Source: Octopus vulgaris (Eukaryota). Taken from it: 64,000 nt of DNA. This document shows, piece after piece, positions 27,311 to 40,392 of the stretch (position 1 is the stretch's first letter; every line of letters begins with the position of its first letter). Made by a program: the position numbers and the translations under genes. The DNA lies in NCBI GenBank assembly GCA_951406725.2, contig OX597837.1, positions 20,770,001 to 20,834,000 on the forward strand. The letters are read 5' to 3'. The notes under the pieces are model-generated. The model worked only from the letters and a program-made list of their open reading frames with translations, made no database searches and was not told the origin of the DNA.

Positions 27311-27665
27311 CTAGCACTATGACCCGCCGTTGCCGGGTCATAGTGCTAGTGCATGCATATACAGCTGCGTGCGTGCGCCCATACACATGAGTACTGTCCA
27401 AATCTCCGACCAATCACATACAGCTAGCTGGCATTCAAATGGCGTATCAAGTTTCGGGCATTTTGATTGGGTTTTGGATAGAAAATTCACAAAAATGTCA
27501 CTTCTATTGATTTCTTAATGCCTAACAGGGTGACTGGGGAAATACACGACCACCCTTGGACGGTTTTGAATGACCATAGAAAGTGCGAGCCCTCTAACTG
27601 AAAAATTGTGGATTTGTATAAACGACACACACACACAGACAGACATTTTGCCGTTTATATAGAGA
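27311..27665 (-). mobile_element. Non-autonomous Helitron (copy 2)
   Basis: Minus strand A|TC ... hairpin ... CTAG|T: canonical Helitron termini at an AT site with no TSD. Confidence 0.85.
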
Positions 27666-28131
27666 TAAACTATCTTTCTGTCATGTTATATACAATCTTC
27701 ATTTAAATCACCACTACCACCCACTGTATCCTTTTTAATATCTTACTAAATCTCCTTTCTCTCCTTTCTATATAACACATTTTTATTAATTGTCTTCCAA
27801 ACATTAATATTTCCAAGAATACTTTTTGTATGTGTATAATAAAGTTGAAGAATCGATGTAACTATGATATTCTATAGATCTCATATTCATGGTATTCTAT
27901 AGATAAGATGAGCTAGCCGTCTATACCAGTATTAGCTTGTAAAATGTACAATAGCACTATGTAATCTATAACATATGCACTAGTGCACGCATGTAAGGTC
28001 ATTTATTATACCCTAAACTAAATTATTTATTCAATGATGTTGGCTGCGAAACGATCGAAATTCTATGGATATCACCTGGTGGAATATCCTCATCTCATAC
28101 CTCCTGACTTTTCTTTATATTCTATATATGC

Positions 28132-28295
28132 AGGCGCAGGAGTGGCTGTGTGGTAAGTAGCTTGCTAACCAACCACACGGTTGCGGGTTCAGTCCCACTG
28201 CGTGGCATCTTGGGCAAGTGTCTTCTGCTATAGCCCCGGGCCGACCAATGCCTTGTGAGTGGATTTGGTAGACAGAAACTGAAAGAAGCCTGTCG

Positions 28296-28328
<33 letters not shown>

Positions 28329-28509
28329 GTGTGTGTGTTTGTGTGTCTGTGTTTGTCCCCCTAGCATTGCTTGACAACCGATGCCGGTGTGTTTACGTCC
28401 CCGTCACTTAGCGGTTCGGCAAAAAGAGACCGATAGAATAAGTACTAAAAGGTGGTGCTCCAGCATGGCCGCAGTCAAATGACTGAAACAAGTAAAAGAG
28501 AGAGTAAAA

Positions 28510-28510
<1 letters not shown>
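28132..28510 (+). mobile_element. tRNA-derived SINE, family B (full length, internal microsatellite)
   Basis: Head ggcgcaggagtggctgtgtggt..ggttcagtccc, CORE-like cttgggcaagtg, tail ggtgctccagcatggccgcagtcaaatgactgaaacaagtaaaaga. Confidence 0.9.
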
Positions 28511-28560
<50 letters not shown>

Positions 28561-28563
28561 TAG

Positions 28564-28780
28564 TGGAGGCGCAATGGCCCAGTGGTTAGGGCAGCGGACT
28601 TGCGGTCGGAGGATCGCGGTTTCGATTCCCAGACCGGGCGTTGTGTGTGTTTATTGAGCGAAAACACCTAAAAGCTCCACGAGGCTCCGGCAGGGGATGG
28701 TGGTGATCCCTGCTGTACTCTTTCACCACTCTAAAGGCGGTGCTCCAGCATGGCCGCAGTCAAATGACTGCAACAAGTAC
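28564..28780 (+). mobile_element. tRNA-derived SINE, family C
   Basis: tRNA-like head ggcgcaatggcccagtggttagggcagcggact..ggtttcgattccc. Ends with the same tail as family B. Related copy at 47890-48180 (-). Confidence 0.8.
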
Positions 28781-28811
28781 AAAAAAAAAAAATATATATA
28801 TATATATACAT

Positions 28812-28896
<85 letters not shown>

Positions 28897-29023
28897 CGGG
28901 TTCAATCTCCTCAGTTTGGTACTTTCCTCTCTCTTTCCGCTTACACACACACACACACACACACAAATTTAAAATGTAATTGTATATGAAGCTGAAACAA
29001 ACTTTTATTAATGCGTATGTGTG

Positions 29024-29080
<57 letters not shown>

Positions 29081-29185
29081 CTCTATGCATGTATGCATAT
29101 ATGTATGTATGTATGATTGTTTGTTTTTATGTATGTATGTATGTATTATATATGTATGTATGTATGTATGTATTATGTATGTATA

Positions 29186-29218
<33 letters not shown>

Positions 29219-29261
29219 TGTATTATATATGTATGTATGTATGTATCTATGTATGTATGCA

Positions 29262-30910
29262 TGAAACACGTGGTCGAGCATTGTCATGAAGAATGATTGG
29301 CCCCATTTTGTTGACCAGTCTGGGACGGAAGAGTAGCAGTTTTTCGTTCATTTTGGCAATTTTATAGCAATATGTTTCCGGGTTTTAAGAAGTTATAGTG
29401 GATGAGTCCAGCAGTACACCGCTAAACCTTCTTTTTGAAGAGCTCAGGTTTAGGGAAGGTTTTTTGTGCTCTGTTTTGGTCCAACAACTGCGAAGAACAT
29501 TCTTTTTATTATTGTACAGAACCCACTTTTCATCGCAAGTTACAAAACGGTCGAGAAATGATTCCGTTTGGTTACGGAGAAGAAGCGACGAGTAAATTTC
29601 ACATCTGCGCATTTTCGCATTTTCATTCAAATTGTGTGGTATCCATTTGTCGAGCTTTTTTGATTTTCTGATCGCATGCAAACGATTGTAAAAGCAGTTT
29701 CCTGGCTAACTTCAAGTTCTTTTGTCAGTTCTCGAATGGTTTTACGTGGACCTTTCTCAATGACGGTTTTTAATTGACCGTCTTGGATGGCATATGGGCG
29801 TCCACTACGCTCACGATCATTAAGGCTCAGGTCTCCACTGCGAAATCGGGATCTTTTCTAAAAGATGGACATTAATTTCAACTAGATTTTTTGAGAAAAT
29901 TGTATTTTGTAACTTTTACGTAGTTTAATTCTTCGAATTTTAACCAATGAAATCCCAGCATTTGACCTAAATTCACTTGCTGCGTCTTAGTAAACAGCAC
30001 ACACATACACACGCACACTTGCTATTCATCCATCACTCCTGTCTTCTGTCTTCTGCAGGTGCTAGAAATAACAGCTATATCTCTTAAATCGATGAATTTC
30101 GTCGCCCAATAAAAATATTAACGATATTTTTGGACTTTTAAAACATGTTCGTATTCGTTCCGCTTTCGCAGGACACACACACGCACACACATACACAACA
30201 AACACACACACATACAGGTAATCGTTCCGTAAGTCAGGGATGACATTGAAATAAACATGGGTACCTGTGTGTGTGTTTGTTGTGTATGTGTGTGCGTGTG
30301 TGTGTGTTTGTTGTGTGTGTGTGTTTTTTTTTGTTGTGTATGTGTGTTTTTGTTGTGTATGTGTGTGCGTGTGAAGTATGTAAGTGGTGCGTTAGGCATG
30401 ACTTTATAGGAAATAACAAGACAATGCGTGGAAAGCGCAAAAAAAATTGATGTCTTGCGAAAGCGGAACGAATACGAACATGTTTTAAAAGTCCAAAAAT
30501 ATCGTTAATATTTTTATTGGGCGACGAAATTCATCGATTTAAGAGATATAGCTGTTATTTCTAGCACCTGCAGAAGACAGAAGACAGGAGTGATGGATGA
30601 ATAGCACGTGTGCGTGTGTATGTGTGTGCTGTTTACTAAGACGCAGCAAGTGAATTTAGGTCAAATGCTGGGATTTCATTGGTTAAAATTCGAAGAATTA
30701 AACTACGTAAAAGTTACAAAATACAATTTTCTCAAAAAATCTAGTTGAAATTAATGTTTTCTTTTGACACATTCTACCAGTATACGAAGTTTCAAATTGT
30801 TTAGTTAACTAGAAAATTCTGTCCATCTTTTAGAAAAGATCCCGAAATCGTTTAGACCATTGCCGAGCTGACCACTCACTGGTCATTTCCTCACCAAACA
30901 TTTCGTTGAT
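29262..30910 (-). mobile_element. Mariner transposase, N-terminal to central part, interrupted by a MITE
   Basis: [22 protein letters not shown]|R continues across the insertion. KKLDKWIPHNL, FLDRFVTCDEKWVLYNN, ILHDNARP. Confidence 0.9.
29849..30842. mobile_element. Merlin-like non-autonomous DNA transposon with very long TIRs
   Basis: Ends GGatcttttctaaaagatggaca / tgtccatcttttagaaaagatCC. 8-bp TSD cgaaatcg at 29841-29848 and 30843-30850. Arms 29849-30175 and 30451-30842 are nearly identical apart from a ~65-bp indel. Confidence 0.8.
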
Positions 30911-31013
30911 ATGCATACATACAAACTTACATTCATACATGCATGCATACATACATACATACATACATACATACATACATACATACATACATACATACAT
31001 ACATACATACATA

Positions 31014-31438
31014 CAAACTGCTACTCTTCCGTCCCATACTGGTCAACAAAAGAGGGCCAATCATTTTTCATGACAATGCTCGACCACACGTTTCACTAAA
31101 GGCGCTCCAGAAGTTAAGAGAACTTGGTTTGAAGTTCCCCCCTCCCCAGTTTATTCCCCAGACCTTTCTCCTACTGACTGCCACTTTTTTAAGCACCTTA
31201 ATGGTTTCCTGCAAGAGGAGTTTAAAAATCAAACCGGCGCTGAAAGTGCGTTCGAAAAGTTCATCAGCTCCAGAACTCCAGATTTTTATGTTACCGGAAT
31301 AAACAAACTTGTAACTCGTTGGCAAAAATGTGTTGATTGTTATGGTACTTACTTTGATGAATGAAATTTCTGCATTGTTGAAATATATTGTGATGAAATT
31401 CATATTTCAAAACGTTGCTTACTTTTTACTCAGACTGA
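31014..31438 (+). mobile_element. Mariner transposase C-terminal part and right end
   Basis: [29 protein letters not shown]-like motif (frameshifted), GINKLVTRWQKCV. Confidence 0.85.
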
Positions 31439-31759
31439 TATATGTATGTATATATGTATATGTATATATATGTGTATATATATGTGTATATATATATATA
31501 TACGACGAGCTTCTTTCAGTTTCCGTCTACCAAATCCACTCACAAGGCTTTGGTTGGCCCGAGGCTATAGTAGAAGACACTTGCCGCAGGTGTCACGCAG
31601 AGGGACTGAACCGAGAACCATATGGTTGGAAAGCGATCACATGGTCTCGGGTTCAATATGTATACATTTATTCCATAACTCATCCTGTGATATACCAGGA
31701 CACATTTTAGTGATGTTTCCATTAGGTTTCTCATGTATTTGAGTATCAGTTACTCTCTC

Positions 31760-32260
31760 CTCAACTTTCAGCTCCCTGTCTTTCTCTATTGCAAGTAGGC
31801 CGGGAAGGCGAACCTGACAACTGGCACCTTCTTCTCACCCACCAAGACGGAAACGTTTGCATTGGATAATCTCACTTCAGTTGATGTCTGCTATGCTCTT
31901 CAAATCCTGTTCATGCTACCAGCTGTAGCGTCTGTCTTGCAGGGGTTTTGGCCAATTTCAGAGAATGTGCTCCGGGGTTCTTCTCCAGTACAGGGACAAA
32001 CAAGTGATTTTAACTTTCCTCAGCAGAACAAGCTGGATAGACTCGGCAGGGCCTCATAAACTGCCTGAATTAGGAATGATATCCGATGTGGTGTCACTCT
32101 CCAAAAACAGGCCATGAGTCTTTGCATGCCACCGCTCGGCCCCATCTTAGCCACGCTCCTTGACGCCTCATCTCAACATACTTGCTGACTTGTTTTTCCT
32201 CACGCAATGTTCTCACTCCATTCCAGATCAGTAACCTCTGGTTTTTCCTTACAGCATGTC
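31760..32260 (-). mobile_element. Decayed HERO/NeSL-like (REL-type) non-LTR retrotransposon fragment
   Basis: Minus-strand hand translation: RQGAWLRW, HRISFLIQAVYEALPS..L.C*GK, EHIL, RYSW*HEQDLKSIA. Confidence 0.6.
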
Positions 32261-32447
32261 ATAAGGACGTGTTGTAGTGCTACCCAGATTTATGCGCACT
32301 TTTCTATATTGAAAGTGAGAATCCACTAATAATGGGAGAGGGTCTAACAACATAGAGTTAGTTAGATTCTTCAAAAACTTGTTATAATACATACATACAT
32401 ACATACATACATACATACATACATACATACATACATACATACATACA

Positions 32448-32477
<30 letters not shown>

Positions 32478-32478
<1 letters not shown>

Positions 32479-33742
32479 TAGGTCGAAATTTGCAGAAAAG
32501 AAGAAAAAGTTTGCTAATGTTTTATAAATAGAAGGAATAGTTTTATTCGTCAAAGTATGTACCCATATTGTCAATACACGTTTGCCATTTCAGCGGTAGC
32601 TTGTTCAGTCTGGAACTGTAAAAGTTTGGCAATCTAGAGTGAAGAAAACCTTGGAAGGCCTGTTTTACAGCATCATCGAAATAATTTTTTTTTCCTATCA
32701 AAAAGTTATCCAAATTCTGGGAGAAGAGGTAGTCAGTGGAGGCAAGATCAGGTGAGTATGGTGGATGAGGGAGAACTTCCAATACTAACTCCTGTAGTTT
32801 CGCAATTGTCACTTTTGCGATATGTTGTTTGGCGTTGTCTTGCAATAAAATAGGAGTGGATCTGTTGACTAATCTAAGCTGTGTTTTTTGTAAGTTTCTG
32901 CATCATTTGGTCCAGTTGGCTGCAGTATACTTTGGCCATGATTGATGAGCCAGGTTTAATGAAATCGTAATGGATCACACCTACGCCAGACCGCCAAACA
33001 CACTATCAGCTTCTTTTGATGAATTTCGCTTTTTGGACTGTTTTGATGGCTCGTCTTTGTCCAACCCTTGTTCTGAACGTTTACAGTTGTTGTATTGGCT
33101 CCATTTCTCATCACATTCGATTAAAAAATGATTCATTTTTGTGACGAGAAAGTAGCATAATGCAGGTTTCCAAACGTTGCTGTTTCTGATTTTCATTGAG
33201 TTCATGTGGAGCCCACTTATCCAACTTTTTCACTTTACCGATTTGAACTGAGATGAGTCAATATTGTTTGCTTGCTAACACCAAACAACAATTTACGGGC
33301 ACTTTGTAATGGATCAGACTCGACGGTAGCTTTCAATTCGTTATTATCCCCCTTTGTTTCTGGTCGACCGCGTTGCTCATTTGTGAGGTGAAAGTTATCA
33401 GAATAAAATTTTGAAAACCAATTTGATTCTGTCTGCTGTGTAATAACATTAGAATGAAATACTCCATTAATATTCCGAGCTGCTTGTGATGATGTATTTC
33501 CAAGAAAGAACTCATATTTCAAAACTGTATGAATTTCCGACTTATCCATCTCTAAACAAAAATAGCAAAAAACGATTTATAAATACTTTATAAAGAGCAA
33601 AGTGAGTCAGAATAAAGAAATAGATGTGTCACCTTTCTAACAAAAACAAAAAAAAAATGTCAAAATATAATAATGGCGCAAAATGAGCAACTGTCAGAGT
33701 TTACCATATACCTTACTACAAATTTCATATTTGACGACCTAA
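32478..33742 (-). mobile_element. Full-length but degenerate mariner
   Basis: ta|ttaggtcg ... cgacctaa|ta ends. MDKSEIHTVLKYEF, ECDEKW, QDNAK, LPHPPYSPDLASTDY across ORFs 33235-33549, 32981-33205 and 32543-32845. Confidence 0.92.
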
Positions 33743-34146
33743 TACATACATACACACACACATACATACATACTTACATATATACATACATACAGGCATA
33801 CATACATGCATACATTCATGCATACATACATACATGCCTACATACATACATGTATACATACATGCATTCATACATACATACATCCATGCATACATACATG
33901 CATACATACATGCATACATACATGCATACATACATACACACATGCATACATACATACATACACACACACACAAACACACACATACATACACACACACATA
34001 CATACATACATACATACATACATACATACATACATAAATGCATACATATATATATACACATGAAAAGCCGAAGAAGCCTTATTTAAATAGATTTACAACC
34101 TAACCGAGTGAACACCCAGCGAGGTATGAAGATGTATAAAGATAGT

Positions 34147-34193
<47 letters not shown>

Positions 34194-34624
34194 AGTGTGA
34201 GTGTATGTATGTGTTTCTCATATATAAATTGTATATTTTCATGTACTTAAAATAGAATCTTTTTTAAATCTCAATTTGTTTAATTTTGTTTGTATACCTT
34301 GTCCATACAAGGTATGCGCGCACATACACAAACGCGTTTATGTGTGTGTGTATGTATGCGTGTGTATATATATGTATATATATATATATATGTGTGTGTG
34401 TGTGAATACATACATACAGACACACACATATGTATATATTCATGTATAGATACAGAGATATACACACACACAACACAACACAGCATACATATACACACAC
34501 ATACCTCATGCATTATATTTACTACGGGATTTATATATGTGTGTGTATGTGTGTATGTATATGTATGTATACATATATGTATATTATATATATACACGCT
34601 TATATACACATATATATATTTATA

Positions 34625-34826
34625 CATTTGACCGCGTGTGTACCGTTGGCGATTTTTTTCATCTGTCTTCCCTTCTCTGGATCTTTCCTTCTCCTATGTT
34701 TCCGACGAAGTGCTCCGCTCGAAACGTTAAACCCTCCTTCTTTCTTTCTTTCCTGAGCGTCCAATAATACTATATTTGTTCCACGTCCTCGCGTTGTTGT
34801 GTTTTTTTGTGCTTTCTTGTTTGGAT

Positions 34827-34830
<4 letters not shown>
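34625..34830 (+). mobile_element. ~200-bp PLE-derived repeat with minimal HHR
   Basis: gttt CCGACGA a GTGC tcc GCTC GAAACGTT aaac at 34698-34732. Close match to 46740-46950 in opposite orientation. Confidence 0.8.
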
Positions 34831-34872
<42 letters not shown>

Positions 34873-35985
34873 CATATACATATGTACGCAGGTATACGTG
34901 TTTGTGTTTGTATGTATGTATGTATGTATGTATGTATGTATGTGTATATATGACAGTATGTGTATATGTTAGTGTGATTTTGCGATGTCTGAGGGAAAGA
35001 ATTAGTGTTTGTGAGTATATCACATCAAAATATACACGCAACTATTTATATGCATTTGGTGATGTTTCTAAGATCGTAGATTGTGTTTCTGTGTGTGGGA
35101 GGGTACGGGTATATATGTTAGTTTCACACGAAACTGCGCCCGGTGGAGAGGCTCCAGCCTGTGAGTTCTGGAGTTGTGAGAAGCGTGGGTTTACCTCTTA
35201 ATTAACCTTACTCCCAAGACCCTTCTGAATCGGATGGTAGTACATGAAGTGTCCCATTTACGTGTTATATAATTTTCCCCCGGGGCAGTGAAGGCGTCCG
35301 TGACTCTGACAACGCCATGGGGTAGGCAGCTCTTCTAAGAGAAAAATATTCTGAGATAAAACTTGCAATCAAAATAGTATCAGTCATCATGCAATACTTG
35401 TCACTGGGACTTACTATGGCGACCGAGAGAGTAGCAAATGTGTTGTACAAGCTTTTATCACTTAAATCCAATGACGCATTGATGTCACACTATCATTAAT
35501 GTGAGACGGCTATCATCTGGCAACATAAGACAATCATTGTACACTTATGTATATACACTTATGTTTCCTATACTTTTTTTATGTTACCTTTTGTTTTCAC
35601 GTCGTGTTATTCGCCTTCATACGATATACAAAACAAGTAGTAAAGGTCATTCACAAATGCACACAAACGCACGCCTATACATGTGCAAGTACACGCGAAC
35701 ATACTGCTTAATTCCAGATGTGAAATCTTTAGCAGGTGCAAACACATGGACAGTTTCCTTTTGTTGAACTGGAGAGCGACCCCCGCTCCCGATTGAGTTG
35801 CTGTCTCGCACACTTAGACATTTTACTATGATGGGGATTTTTATTTTCTTGTTTTCATTTCTGTGTTCTTGTTAATTTTTTTGTATCAATATTTTGCATA
35901 TATGGATATAAAATTCTTTGTCTGTCTGTCTGTCTGTCTGTCTGTTCGCTATACATTCTCAAACGGCTCAACCAAATCAAATTAA

Positions 35986-37341
35986 ATTTACTTGGGCAAA
36001 CCGCATCGGGTCGTCTAGATCGTATTTAGATAGGGTATTCTGTAAGCCAGTGAATAAATATAACACGGGTTATCCACAATTTCACTTAGTCTGCTACACA
36101 GACCACAAATTTGTGATCTGTACCCTCGACTTAGACAGGCTTCATAGACAGGGTCCCGGTTAATGGAAGCTGAACACGTCGTTACCGACGTGTCAAGCTT
36201 ACAGAGACCGGATTAGCGTTTTAGTTAAGAGGGCGTTAACGGGCGCAATTGTCAACACAACTGGTGGTTTGCTCTTAAAAGGACAGTTAGAGTAGAATCT
36301 GTTAGGTTTAGCAAGGCATTAGCAATAGAACGAAATAGAATAGAGGGAGATTTAGTTAGAAAGTTAGATGTGGCGCTTGGGACAGGCATCGCAACCGATG
36401 TGTTGGCGGCGAGGTTGGCCTAGACTATATTTTCGACACTAAACACAAAGGTTGCGTTGTCAGAGATAAGGCACGATCACTAAGCGGAGAGAGAGAGAAA
36501 GCGTCACGATGGGCACGTGTGGCAGAGGCGAAAAGTGGAAATAAAGCCAGAAAGGACGCGAAGTGTTCGAACCGAAACAGATGTGTGCGGCTTTTCAGCA
36601 ACACTTTGCTCAACTGTTCGGGACGAATGGTAAGACGGATAACAGGGCATACTTTAGTGTGTAACTGGAAGGCTGCTACGACTCTCGGCGTGCGAGGTGG
36701 AGTGCTATGAATGGCCAATAACAGCCGCGGAAATACAGGAAGCGATGAAGAGCTGCACGAGAGGCAGATCCACGGGTTTGGATAGTTTGCCCTACGAGCT
36801 TTATATTTCAATGCCAGGCTTGTTTGTGGGCCTCTTAGCAGACGTCTACCTTAATTGGCAACAAAATGGGAGAATTCCCACTTTCGATTGTCGAGGGGCT
36901 GTAGCACTGCTGAGAAAGGACCCATACAAGGGGGACGTTACGGAAAACTTCAGACCCATCACTCTGCTCAATGCAGAGCTGAAGATTTTGGCCAAGATGT
37001 TAGCCAAAAGGTTGGCGCTTGTCGTGGACAAGCTGGTTGGCGAGGCGCATACATGTGCCATCCCAACTAGGACTATTCACGACAACCTCCATTTATATGC
37101 TACATCATAGAGAAGGTGGATAACAAATCTGGCATGGGTGGGGTTCTGATCAATTTACATCTATCTAAAGCCTTTGATAGGGTCGACCATCAATATTTGG
37201 CAGCTGTCATCAGGGTAGCCGGATTCGGTCCGGTTTTCCACGGTTGTATCAGTGCTTTGTACAGCGGCATCAACTCGGTTGTTCGGGTGAATAGTCACCT
37301 GTCGGAACCGTTCAGCATCTTGCGTTCGGTCTGGCAAGGGT

Positions 37342-37401
<60 letters not shown>

Positions 37402-39060
37402 CTTCTGTATGTACTGACTCTTGAGCCATTATTACAGAAGCTGGAGACTTTGATGGGTGACACGCGTGATCTAGGACATGGGGGAAGTGTGTCTGCTTAC
37501 ACTGACGATGTCACCGTCATAGTGTCGAGTCACAGGCATACAGACATGATTGGTGACATATTACAAGAATATGAAGCAGTGACAGGAGCAAAAAGCAACG
37601 CAGAAAAGTCAGTAGGATTGCAACTCAGCACCTGGAGAGGCAAGTCCATGCCGTCAAACAGCATCGTTGGGTGCTGGACAGACGGTCCAGTGAAATTGCT
37701 TGGAGTCTGGTTTGGTCCAGACCTCCAGGTCGAGAAAAACTGAGACGAGGTGATGAGCAAGGTAGCCATTCTCACCCATAAATGTGCCGAGAGGAAGCTG
37801 TCCCTGAAAGGTCGGGCGGAGGTGGCGAATGCGTACATCGCATCCGTCATCTATTACCGCTTGACCATCGTCCCTTGGTTGACCAAGATGGTGCGCTTAC
37901 TCTTCCGCTTTCTATTGAAGGGACGCGTTCCACTAGTAAGGTGCTCCATCTGCTGTCAACAGCCGCTGAATGGAGGACTGGAATGCTGTGTTTGCTGATG
38001 CGCAGACATGCTCTGAAGTTGCGGCATCTCCGGCGTTTCCTTGACGGTGAGCAGGTGTGTTCTCTGTCACTATTTGTCAAACTCACGTCCCACAGCCCGT
38101 CTCTTTGACTGAACTGCAGTCCTGGATTAGACGTAGACCAAGGAGGGGCGCTTGGCACATCGAGTGTCGCCAAGCGCTCACAGCCCTCCGCTAGTCGGGC
38201 AATGCAGTGCGTGACAATTCCACTCTAGCGTTTTATAGAGGGCAAGTGGAGGGAAAGTGCGACGACGTTCTCGATGAAACGCTGGGCGTCGATGAAGATC
38301 AACTAACCGGTCAGTTTCGGAGAACTTTCGGGCCTGGGCCTATGGATAACTTCCAGAAATCCTTTGTTTGACAGTGCTACCGAGGGGCACTGTCTGTTCG
38401 AGGTGTGCGCAGAGTGATGAAACCGTTCTGCACCCCATCGTTCTGTGCCCGAGTATTGCTGACCTGTGGGTTTATGTCGAACACCTGCTATAACGTAGGA
38501 CGGATCCAGCTATCAGCTAATTCCATTCTGAAGATTGCCCAGCCGCCCTCCTTTGGCGTGGAGGAGCAGACAGTTTTTATTTGTCTGGTGGCTATAGCGA
38601 AAGCGGTAGTATGGTGGACTCGTCTGAAAGGACTAAAGTAGATTCGCCTGAAAGGACTCTTTCCTCTTTGACCAAGCCCACATCAACTTTTTTTAGTTTC
38701 ACTTGAAAAGGAAGTTGAGGATGGAGAGGGAAGTGTTGCCTTGTAGCAAGTTTGTTGAAAGGTGTGGGAATATCAGAAGAATGGCCAGTGTGAAAAGACC
38801 AATTCTGAGCATGCACCTATAAAAAGGGAATCAAAGGTGAAGGGCTCTTACCCTGTTGATCAGGCATCTGTGGCTTTTGTGGGGTTTTCCACGAGGACCT
38901 ATAAAGCACCTACCCTTTTGGGAGTTTTTATATTGTTTATTTTTATTTGTTATTTTTGCTTACACGTCGTAAAATCCATTATATCGTCCCGTTTTTGTCT
39001 TTTATATTGTTGTATATTCTTGAATGTTATTGTATTTCAGCCCTTGTGGCTAATAAAAGA
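35986..39060 (+). mobile_element. L1/Tx1-type LINE, ORF2 pseudogene from late APE domain to 3' end
   Basis: FTWANRIGSSRSYLDRV, TDHKFV, GPG*WKLNTSL, STGLDSLPYELY, NFRPITLLNAELKILAK, SKAFDRVDH, AYTDDVT, AATAAA plus (AAT/ATT)n. Confidence 0.92.
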
Positions 39061-39085
39061 ATTGATTACAATAATAATAATAATA

Positions 39086-39187
<102 letters not shown>

Positions 39188-39193
39188 TCATCA

Positions 39194-39278
<85 letters not shown>

Positions 39279-39279
<1 letters not shown>

Positions 39280-40392
39280 TTCTGTATCTCCTCCTAAGCT
39301 CTTAAAAAGTTGCCTATGGTTATTTGAGAATAACCTGTTTTTATTACTATTTATATACACACAACACATTAGACTGTTGGAAAAGAAAATAATCCTAACA
39401 AAAATCCTACAACAAGTAGCCTTAGATGTCAAGAACCCTCCTAAGTATCCTAGCTGTCCTTAATAACACTGTTTTCTGGAGTTGTACTAAACTGGGTTTT
39501 ACGCCTATTTCCTCTATCCATCTGTTCAAATCTTTGGGGATAGTTCCCAATGCACCTATACATACTGGGACACATTTTACCCGCACATTCCATAGTCTCT
39601 GTAATTCAATGGCTAGGTTCTGGTACTTTGCTATTTTTTCTATACCTCTCATATTAATGTTTCGTCATTTAGGACTGTTAAGTCAAATATCTGGCATTTT
39701 CTATTCTCTTTATCTATTCCTACTAAATCAAGCCTTCTAGTTTCTATTATCTGTCAGTCTAAATGTTAAAATCCCACATCTTCCATTTCTTACTTTCTAG
39801 TACTTTACAAGATCCATGATCATACCATTTATCAGTATGTTCAAATACTAGCTTTCTATCTAACTCCCAGTGGATTACTCTCCCTAGGTTGTCATGTCTT
39901 TTTTTGTATTCTTTTCGTGCCAGCATGCTACATTCACTTACTATATGAGTAGTACTTTCTTCTTTTGATTTGCAAAACCTACATTGGGTATCTACTTGGT
40001 TTTTGTCTATCTTAGCCTTTATCCAATTAGTCCTTAATGCTTGATCTTGTGCCGTTACTAACATACTTTCTGTCTCCCTCTTTAGATTTCCTTTCTGCCG
40101 CCATAACCATGTCTCAGTACTACTATTTGCTGAAACTACCTTTGGGAATCTAACGCGCAACGGCTTCTTCTACAAATCAGATAATTTCTGCTCTATTTTC
40201 TGGTTTTTAACTTCGTTTGGTGTTTTGGTTTCCTTACGTCTTGATGTGACTCTAGTATGTTTTAATAAACTGTCTTCACTATTACCTACGTAGGAGTCTA
40301 TACCTACTCTATCTAACTCCACGCAGTTTTCTACTGATATTAATCCTCTTCCGCCTTCCTTTCTAGGTAGGTATAATCTTGCTACTCCTTGC
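39279..40392 (-). mobile_element. 5'-truncated R4/Dong-type LINE (REL endonuclease)
   Basis: RLYLPRKEGGRGL, AQDQALRT, CRFC..EESTTHIVSEC, RHD, KIAKY.NL, IGALG. (ATT)n on both sides. Confidence 0.9.

Noticed and set aside
28564-28640. tRNA gene
   Set aside because: The tRNA-like head continues into SINE body and tail, with no proper acceptor stem or terminator.
35900-36020. Complete mini-Helitron ending in CTAG
   Set aside because: The apparent 3' end is in-frame APE coding sequence (FTWANRIGSSRSYLDRV) of the L1. Only a Helitron-like 5' stub remains.
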